NCBI GenBank assembly: GCA_031416075.1
Contig: JANOSY010000090.1
Coordinates: 8,288 to 72,287 of the forward strand
DNA: 64,000 nucleotides
Direction of reading: 5' to 3'
Source of the DNA: Candidatus Tenderia sp.
GTDB taxonomy: Bacteria > Pseudomonadota > Gammaproteobacteria > Tenderiales > Tenderiaceae
The translations under genes were made by a program, and so were the position numbers. Under the pieces are notes generated by a model. It was not told where the DNA came from. It saw only the letters and a program-made list of their open reading frames with translations, and ran no database searches. This document shows, in pieces, positions 57,723 through 64,000 of this stretch. How positions within the stretch are numbered: position 1 is the stretch's first letter; every line of letters begins with the position of its first letter.

Positions 57723-59234
57723 ATGAACCACCTTGTTATTGCACCCCTGTTATTGCCCTTGCTGGTTGGTATTGTGTTGATACTGACCCAGCGTATGGAT
57801 ATCCGCCTGCACCGGCTGTTGAGTGTGGTGGCAGTGCTTGCCCAGATTGGTCTGGCGCTGCTTCTGACCCGAGTGGTGAGTGGCGGCGATATTCTGGTTT
57901 ACAATCTGGGGAACTGGCCTGGTCCCTTTGGTATTGTGTTGGTCGCCGATGGGTTGGCGGTCTGGATGCTGCTGATCACCGCACTGCTGGCGCTGTTTGC
58001 GTTGCTATACGCCTGTCAGGGTGGTGATGTTAACGGACGTCATTTTCATGCCCTGTTCCAGCTGCAGCTGCTGGGTCTGAACGGTGCGTTTCTCACCGGT
58101 GATCTGTTTAACCTGTTTGTCTTTTTTGAAGTGCTGCTGCTGGCCTCCTACGGTCTGATTTTGCATGGGGGGGGGCGTGCGCGGGTGCGGGCGGGGCTGC
58201 ATTATGTGGTGCTCAATCTGGCAGGTTCGGCGCTGTTTCTGATTGCGGTGGGCACACTCTACGGTGTGTTTGGCACACTCAATATGGCCGATCTGGCACT
58301 GAAGGTGGCGGTTACGCCGGAGCAGGATCTGGGGCTGGCAAAGACCGCCGGTCTGCTGCTGTTTGCGGTGTTTGCCCTGAAGGCGGCATTGTTGCCGCTC
58401 TATCTCTGGCTGCCTGCCGCCTACGCCCATACCAGTGCCCCGGTGGCAGCCCTGTTTGCCATCATGACCAAGGTGGGGGTCTATAGCATTATCCGGGTCT
58501 ATAGTCTCATTTTTGGCGCTGATGCCGGCCCCGCCGCAAATCTGATAGAGCCGTGGCTGCTGCCCTTGGCCTTGATGACACTGTTAGTGGGGATGTTGGG
58601 GGTATTGGCAGCCACCGGTTTACGGCAGCAGGCGGCCTATCTGGTTGTTGCTTCGGTGGGGTCGTTGTTGACGGCGTTTGGCCTGAACAATCCGGAGGGT
58701 ATTGCGGCAGCCCTGTATTACTTGCCACATTCGACCTTTGCCGCTGCGGCGCTGTTTTTGTTGACGGATCTGATTGCTAACCGGCGTGGTGAGATGGGCG
58801 ACCGTTTTAAGCCGACCCCGGCGATTGCCCATGCCCCACTATTGGGTGGGCTGTTTTTTGTAGTAGTGCTGTTGGCCATTGGTTTACCGCCACTCTCCGG
58901 TTTTATTGGGAAGTTTCTACTGTTGCGTGCCTCAATGGATCATGCTGCAGTTGTCTGGGTGATGGCGATAGTGTTGTTGGGCGGTTTGATGGGGATGATC
59001 GCCATGGCGCGGGGTGGTAGCCTGCTCTTTTTCCGCACCCTGCGGCTGGAAGGGGCGGCCCCACCTGTTGCTCCAGCCGTGGTGCCCGTATTGGTTCCAG
59101 TGGTTGGTTTGTTGATGCTGGGGATTGCCATGACTCTGTTTGCCGGGCCAATACATGTGTATGTTTCCGCCATCGCGGAACAGCTATTGCGGCCTGATCT
59201 CTATATTTATGCTGTTTTGGGGGAGCATTTATGA
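57723..59234 (+). CDS. phaD: Mrp/Pha antiporter subunit D
   Basis: GAFLTGDLFNLFVFFEVLL, KAA..PL..WLP.AY, GLPPLSGF.GK. Confidence 0.93.
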   Translation: MNHLVIAPLLLPLLVGIVLILTQRMDIRLHRLLSVVAVLAQIGLALLLTRVVSGGDILVYNLGNWPGPFGIVLVADGLAVWMLLITALLALFALLYACQGGDVNGRHFHALFQLQLLGLNGAFLTGDLFNLFVFFEVLLLASYGLILHGGGRARVRAGLHYVVLNLAGSALFLIAVGTLYGVFGTLNMADLALKVAVTPEQDLGLAKTAGLLLFAVFALKAALLPLYLWLPAAYAHTSAPVAALFAIMTKVGVYSIIRVYSLIFGADAGPAANLIEPWLLPLALMTLLVGMLGVLAATGLRQQAAYLVVASVGSLLTAFGLNNPEGIAAALYYLPHSTFAAAALFLLTDLIANRRGEMGDRFKPTPAIAHAPLLGGLFFVVVLLAIGLPPLSGFIGKFLLLRASMDHAAVVWVMAIVLLGGLMGMIAMARGGSLLFFRTLRLEGAAPPVAPAVVPVLVPVVGLLMLGIAMTLFAGPIHVYVSAIAEQLLRPDLYIYAVLGEHL

Positions 59235-59725
59235 GACATAGTCTACTGCCTCATCCACTCCTGACACTGGTGTTGGTGGGTATCTGGCTGTTGCTCAACA
59301 ATACCTTTGCCCCAGGTCATGTTGTGTTGGGCCTGATTCTGGGTTGGGCGATTCCGATGTTTACCGTGCGCTTCTGGCCGGAGCGGGTGAGTATCAACAG
59401 ACCACTGCTTCTGCTGCGTTTTATTGCCGTGGTGCTGTGGGATATTGTGGTGGCCAATCTAGCGGTGGCGTGGCTGATTGTGGGGCGACCACAATCGTTG
59501 CGTCCGGCTTTCCTGGCGGTGCCGTTGGTGCTGAAAAGCGATCTTGCCATAGGCCTGCTGGCTAATACTATCTGCCTCACACCGGGCACGGTGTCGGCAC
59601 AGTTGAGTGAGGATCGGCGTTTTCTGCTGGTACATGCCCTGGACGCGGCGGATGGTGATGCTGTGATCGCCGAAATTAAACGACGTTATGAGCAGCCCTT
59701 GAAAGAGGTGTTTGAATCATGCTGA
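59231..59725 (+). CDS. phaE: Mrp/Pha antiporter subunit E
   Basis: LANTICLTPGTVS, LLVHALD, IK.RYE.PL.E.F. Confidence 0.92.
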   Translation: MRHSLLPHPLLTLVLVGIWLLLNNTFAPGHVVLGLILGWAIPMFTVRFWPERVSINRPLLLLRFIAVVLWDIVVANLAVAWLIVGRPQSLRPAFLAVPLVLKSDLAIGLLANTICLTPGTVSAQLSEDRRFLLVHALDAADGDAVIAEIKRRYEQPLKEVFESC

Positions 59726-59988
59726 CAGTGGCACTCTCCATTGCTTTTGTATTGGTGGGCGCTGCCGTGGTGCTAAGTGCGTGGCGTCTGTTGCGTGGCC
59801 CCAGTGCGCCGGACCGCATTCTGGCACTGGACACGCTCTATATAAACGCCATCGCCCTATTGGTGTTGTTGGGGATTCATCTGGGTAGTGCGCTCTACTT
59901 TGAGGCGGCATTGCTGATCGCCATGATGGGGTTTGTGGGGACGGTGGCACTGTGTAAATATCTGTTGCGCGGCGACATCATCGAATAG
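59719..59988 (+). CDS. phaF: Mrp/Pha antiporter subunit F
   Basis: RGPSAPDRILALDTL...RGDIIE. Confidence 0.92.
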   Translation: MLTVALSIAFVLVGAAVVLSAWRLLRGPSAPDRILALDTLYINAIALLVLLGIHLGSALYFEAALLIAMMGFVGTVALCKYLLRGDIIE

Positions 59989-59998
59989 GGGCGGATTT

Positions 59999-60322
59999 AT
60001 GTTGGAATATCTATTGTCATTTCTGATCCTGGCTGGGGCGCTGTTTACCTTTGTGGGTTCTTTAGGGTTGGCACGGTTGCGTGATTTTTATACCCGCCTG
60101 CATGGCCCTACCAAGGCGAGTACCCTGGGTGTTGGTTGTCTGTTAATTGCCTCAGCGCTCTTTTTTAGCACGCGCAGTGAGGGCATAAGCCTGCATGAGG
60201 TGCTGGTAACACTGTTTCTGTTTATCACCGCGCCGATATCGGCCCATCTGTTGGTAAAAGCGGCGCTGCACCTGGGATTGACCTCTTTGGCGCCGCCACC
60301 GGAAGATAAACCTCGACGCTAG
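59999..60322 (+). CDS. phaG: Mrp/Pha antiporter subunit G
   Basis: GLARL.DFYTRLHGPTKASTLG, TAP.SAH; ATG at 59999. Confidence 0.92.
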   Translation: MLEYLLSFLILAGALFTFVGSLGLARLRDFYTRLHGPTKASTLGVGCLLIASALFFSTRSEGISLHEVLVTLFLFITAPISAHLLVKAALHLGLTSLAPPPEDKPRR

Positions 60323-60451
60323 TTTTGTGGTTCGGGTCTAGTGGTTCCGGCGATTGTCTGGTGTCTGTTTTGCCACTTGGCCATACCCTACGCCCTTGGT
60401 GTAAAATGGCATTCTAAATAAATCAGCAGTACTTAATGGAAGGGAACAGTT

Positions 60452-61063
60452 ATGACGACGGTGGCAACAAATATCCATTGGCACGCAGGGGTAGTGGGAC
60501 GCCAGGAGCGTCAAAAACTCAATGGCCATCGCAGCGCCATTCTCTGGTTCACGGGCCTTTCAGGTGCCGGCAAATCGACCCTGGCCAATGCCGTTGAAGA
60601 GACGCTTTACCAGCTAGGCCACCGTACATTTGTACTGGATGGTGACAATGTACGCCACGGTTTGTGCAAAGATCTGGGGTTTTCCGACCAGGATCGCACC
60701 GAAAATATCCGCCGTATTGGTGAAGTGGCCAAACTGTTTGTTGATGGCGGTGTGCTGGCGCTGACAGCGTTTATCTCGCCGTTCCGCTCTGACCGCGACA
60801 CTGTGCGCGCACTGATGGCTGAGGGTGACTTTATTGAGATCTATTGCCAGTGTGACCTGTCGGTATGTGAAGAGCGTGATGTGAAGGGGCTGTATAAAAA
60901 GGCACGTGCGGGTGAGATTCCACACTTCACCGGTATCTCTTCACCGTATGAAGAGCCACTGAACGCTGAGATTGTTGTTAATACTGCCGCGCAGCCGATT
61001 GAAGTAAGTGTGGCCCAGGTGATCGACGCACTGCGGGCGCGGAACGTTATCCCGGCCCTTTAA
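60452..61063 (+). CDS. cysC: Adenylyl-sulfate kinase
   Basis: [43 protein letters not shown]. Confidence 0.96.
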   Translation: MTTVATNIHWHAGVVGRQERQKLNGHRSAILWFTGLSGAGKSTLANAVEETLYQLGHRTFVLDGDNVRHGLCKDLGFSDQDRTENIRRIGEVAKLFVDGGVLALTAFISPFRSDRDTVRALMAEGDFIEIYCQCDLSVCEERDVKGLYKKARAGEIPHFTGISSPYEEPLNAEIVVNTAAQPIEVSVAQVIDALRARNVIPAL

Positions 61064-61070
61064 TACGTCT

Positions 61071-61099
61071 GGCAGACCTAATGGTGCGTTAGGTCTGCC
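61071..61099. terminator. 11-bp stem hairpin after cysC
   Basis: ggcagacctaa-tggtgcg-ttaggtctgcc; no clear U tract. Confidence 0.45.
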
Positions 61100-61133
61100 C
61101 TATTATAAAAAAACATAAAAAGAACCTTTATAT

Positions 61134-62150
61134 ATGTACGGTCTTTACCCACTGATCAGACCTTTAGTCTTCTGCCTTGATGCGGAGAGTGCCCACCATT
61201 TGACCCTCTGCGCACTTAAAAAGGCCCATAAAATAGGGCTGTTAAAAGAGACAGCCAGCGCCACAGGGAAGGGTGTTGAAGTGATGGGTCTCCATTTTCC
61301 ATCAGTGGTGGGCCTGGCCGCCGGGTTGGATAAAAACGGTGACTTTATCGATGCGTTGGGTGCCCTCGGTTTTGGTTTTGTCGAGGTGGGTACCGTCACG
61401 CCGCGTCCCCAGCCGGGGAATCCCAAGCCGCGCCTGTTTCGAATTCCTGAGGCGCAGGCGATCATCAACCGTATGGGGTTTAATAACCTGGGGGTGGATC
61501 ATCTGATCGATCAGGTGAACAGCAGCGATTACAAGGGCATTATCGGTATCAACATCGGCAAAAATTTTGATACGCCGATTGAACGTGCAGTAGATGATTA
61601 CCTGATCGGGCTGGATAAGGTCTTCCCGTTTGCCAGCTATGTAACGGTTAACATCTCCTCCCCGAATACCGCCAATCTGCGTGATCTACAATCCAAGGAT
61701 CAGTTGGCAGCGCTGTTGGGTCCCTTAAAAGAGCGGCAACAGCAGTTGCAACAGCAGCATCAGCGCAATGTACCGCTGGTATTAAAGATTGCCCCGGACA
61801 TGGACGAAGAGACATTGGCCGCCTTGGCGGAGACGTTGCTGGTATATGAGATTGACGGTGTGATCGCCACCAATACCACGCTCTCACGTCAGGGGGTGGA
61901 GAATAGACGCCACGGCAATGAGCAGGGTGGTTTGAGTGGCGCGCCACTGACTCAGCGTTCCACCGCCGTTGTGAAGGCGCTTTATCAACAGCTAGGCGAT
62001 AAAATACCGATCATTGCGGCAGGTGGCATTGTCTCTGCCGACGATGCCCAGGCCAAACTGGATGCCGGTGCCAAACTGGTACAGGTCTATAGTGGGTTAA
62101 TATATAGAGGTCCGCAGTTAGTACAGGAGATTATCAGGCGTTGCCAATGA
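61134..62150 (+). CDS. pyrD: Quinone-dependent dihydroorotate dehydrogenase
   Basis: [47 protein letters not shown]. Confidence 0.96.
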   Translation: MYGLYPLIRPLVFCLDAESAHHLTLCALKKAHKIGLLKETASATGKGVEVMGLHFPSVVGLAAGLDKNGDFIDALGALGFGFVEVGTVTPRPQPGNPKPRLFRIPEAQAIINRMGFNNLGVDHLIDQVNSSDYKGIIGINIGKNFDTPIERAVDDYLIGLDKVFPFASYVTVNISSPNTANLRDLQSKDQLAALLGPLKERQQQLQQQHQRNVPLVLKIAPDMDEETLAALAETLLVYEIDGVIATNTTLSRQGVENRRHGNEQGGLSGAPLTQRSTAVVKALYQQLGDKIPIIAAGGIVSADDAQAKLDAGAKLVQVYSGLIYRGPQLVQEIIRRCQ

Positions 62151-63070
62151 TTCCCGCTATTCAGATCGATAACGTACATAAACATTACGGTAAGGTGCAC
62201 GCCCTCAGGGGCATGTCGCTGACCATTCAGCAGGGCGAGTTTTTTGGCCTGCTGGGTCCTAATGGTGCTGGTAAATCAACGCTGATCAACATCATCGCCG
62301 GGTTAACCCGTAAAAACAGTGGCAACGTGGCCGTGATGGGGCACGATGTGGTCAAGGCCTACCGACAGTCGCGTTATTCACTGGGAGTGGTGCCACAGGA
62401 GCTGGTCTACGACCCCTTTTTTAACGTGCGCGAATTGCTGCAGATTCAGGCTGGCTACTTTGGCAAAGGAAAGGAGATCAACCCCTGGATAGATGAGCTG
62501 CTGGAGGGACTCAAACTGACCGATAAGGCAGACGTCAACATGCAGGCACTTTCCGGTGGCATGAAACGCCGGGTATTGATTGCCCAGGCGTTGGTACACA
62601 AACCCCCCGTTGTCATCCTGGACGAGCCAACTGCAGGTGTTGATGTCGAATTGCGTAACTCGCTCTGGCAGTTTGTACAGGGGCTGCACCGCGAGGGACA
62701 TACCATCGTGCTCACCACTCATTATCTCGAAGAGGCGGAAAACCTCTGTGAACGTATCGCCATTATTAATGATGGTGCCGTCGTGGCCCTTGATACAAAA
62801 GAAGCGCTGCTGGAGCGTGGTGTGGGCAAAACCTGCAAAGTGGTGATCACGCTGGCAAAATCACTGCCGCAGATTCCGGTTGCGTTACAGCCGATGCTTA
62901 AAATACATGAACAGAATCGAATCGAATTTACCTTGCAGCGTGGCAGTGACTCGATCATGGCACTGATTAATACCCTGGTATCGGCGGGTGCGGAGATCAG
63001 CGATATTAAAACCGAAGATGCCGATCTCGAAGATGTGTTTATTGAGCTCACCCGGGCGGTAAACCAGTGA
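62147..63070 (+). CDS. ABC-2 transporter ATP-binding protein (YadG-like)
   Basis: [35 protein letters not shown]. Confidence 0.92.
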   Translation: MIPAIQIDNVHKHYGKVHALRGMSLTIQQGEFFGLLGPNGAGKSTLINIIAGLTRKNSGNVAVMGHDVVKAYRQSRYSLGVVPQELVYDPFFNVRELLQIQAGYFGKGKEINPWIDELLEGLKLTDKADVNMQALSGGMKRRVLIAQALVHKPPVVILDEPTAGVDVELRNSLWQFVQGLHREGHTIVLTTHYLEEAENLCERIAIINDGAVVALDTKEALLERGVGKTCKVVITLAKSLPQIPVALQPMLKIHEQNRIEFTLQRGSDSIMALINTLVSAGAEISDIKTEDADLEDVFIELTRAVNQ

Positions 63071-63828
63071 ACTGGCTCGGCATGTACACCCTGTTTTACA
63101 AAGAGCTGTTACGTTTCAGTAAAGTGATGTTGCAGACGGTTATGGCCCCTGTTGTCACGGCGTTGCTCTATCTGCTGGTCTTCTCCCACGTGCTGGATGA
63201 GCACATCAACGTCTACGACAATGTGACATACACCGCCTTTCTGATTCCGGGTTTGATCATGATGTCGATCCTGCAAAACGCATTTTCCAACAGCTCCTCA
63301 AGCCTGATACAGTCAAAAATGACCGGCAACATCATCTTCGTGCTGCTCACACCACTCTCCTATCTGGAGTTTTACCTAGCATTTATGCTGGCCTCCATCA
63401 TCCGCGGCCTAGCGGTGGGGTTGGGCATCTATTTAGTAGCGATTTTCTTCATTGATTTACCGCTGTATAGTTTTGGCTGGATGCTGCTGTTTGGTCTGGC
63501 GGGTAGCGCAGTGTTGGGCAGCGCCGGTATTATCACCGGCGTCTGGGCGGAAAAATATGATCATATTGCCGGTATTCAAAACTTCATTGTCGTACCACTT
63601 TCGTTTCTGAGCGGTGTCTTCTATTCTATTCATTCACTGCCTGAGTTTTGGCAGCAGCTGTCACGCTTCAACCCTTTTTTCTATATGATCGATGGCTTTC
63701 GATACGGATTTTTTGGGGTGGCTGATGTCAGCCCGGTGATTAGTCTCTTGATAGTGTTGGCCGCATGGTTGGCGTTGGCGTGTGCAACCTTGATAATGTT
63801 GAAGTCAGGTTATAAATTACGCGACTAG
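63067..63828 (+). CDS. ABC-2 transporter permease (YadH-like)
   Basis: FLIPGLIMM...QNAF.NSSSS, PL.FLSGVFYS...LP, NP.FY.IDGFRYGF. Confidence 0.92.
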   Translation: MNWLGMYTLFYKELLRFSKVMLQTVMAPVVTALLYLLVFSHVLDEHINVYDNVTYTAFLIPGLIMMSILQNAFSNSSSSLIQSKMTGNIIFVLLTPLSYLEFYLAFMLASIIRGLAVGLGIYLVAIFFIDLPLYSFGWMLLFGLAGSAVLGSAGIITGVWAEKYDHIAGIQNFIVVPLSFLSGVFYSIHSLPEFWQQLSRFNPFFYMIDGFRYGFFGVADVSPVISLLIVLAAWLALACATLIMLKSGYKLRD

Positions 63829-63873
63829 CGTTTGATGGTGATCTGAGTCATCTGCGACCAATTAAATAAATAA

Positions 63874-64000
63874 GGTAATCCCCCGGCTTAGCCGGGGGAC
63901 TCACTAGGTTTGACCGAGCGCTACGGTCAGCCTGATTCAAGGGGAAGAGTGCGATATCAATAGCGAGACGATTTGCCGGGAAGACCAGGAATTTCAACGG
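63874..64000 (+). mobile_element. Probable left end of an IS200/IS605-family element (transposase beyond the window)
   Basis: Perfect GC hairpin cccccggc-tta-gccggggg (63880-63898) followed by actcactaggtttgaccg, resembling IS200-type subterminal palindromes; no ORF visible. Confidence 0.5.

Noticed and set aside
1-64000. CRISPR arrays, tRNA/rRNA genes, prophage or defence islands
   Set aside because: No regularly spaced repeats, cloverleaf or rRNA signatures, or phage genes were seen; the periodic repeats found are protein-coding.

Overview
Chromosomal window from a motile gammaproteobacterium. It opens inside a giant Gly/Asn/Thr-rich repeat surface protein (1-6291), followed by a polar-flagellum and chemotaxis cluster (fliK, fliL-R, flhBAFG, fliA, cheYZAB, motCD, parA-like, two cheW-like genes, DUF2802). 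An accessory insert follows (RCC1-repeat lipoprotein plus a merR-merT-merP-GDCCVxC cassette with no merA), then a second FlhB-tail/FliK-like pair and a pentapeptide-repeat gene with a sigma28-type promoter. The most striking element is at 33.7-38.0 kb. It carries nitrate/nitrite-assimilation-type control signals: two NtrC-like boxes, a sigma54 promoter and an ANTAR twin hairpin overlapping a terminator. It does not encode a siroheme nitrite reductase. It encodes a NirB-like FAD/NAD(P)H-[2Fe-2S] module in frame with a four-His di-haem-b-like membrane domain (interrupted by one TAG), a membrane-anchored cytochrome c with 11 haem-binding motifs, and a monohaem DUF3365-like lipoprotein. I infer a candidate NAD(P)H-to-periplasm electron conduit for nitrogen-oxide assimilation. 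An IS4 remnant follows, then a TPAT-type TRAP transporter and housekeeping genes (FKBP PPIase, mtnDC, mltB-like, pepN, TPMT, sfsA, mrp/pha antiporter, cysC, pyrD, ABC-2 transporter), and a probable IS200/IS605 end at the right edge. All family assignments come from motif recognition by eye; no database searches were run.
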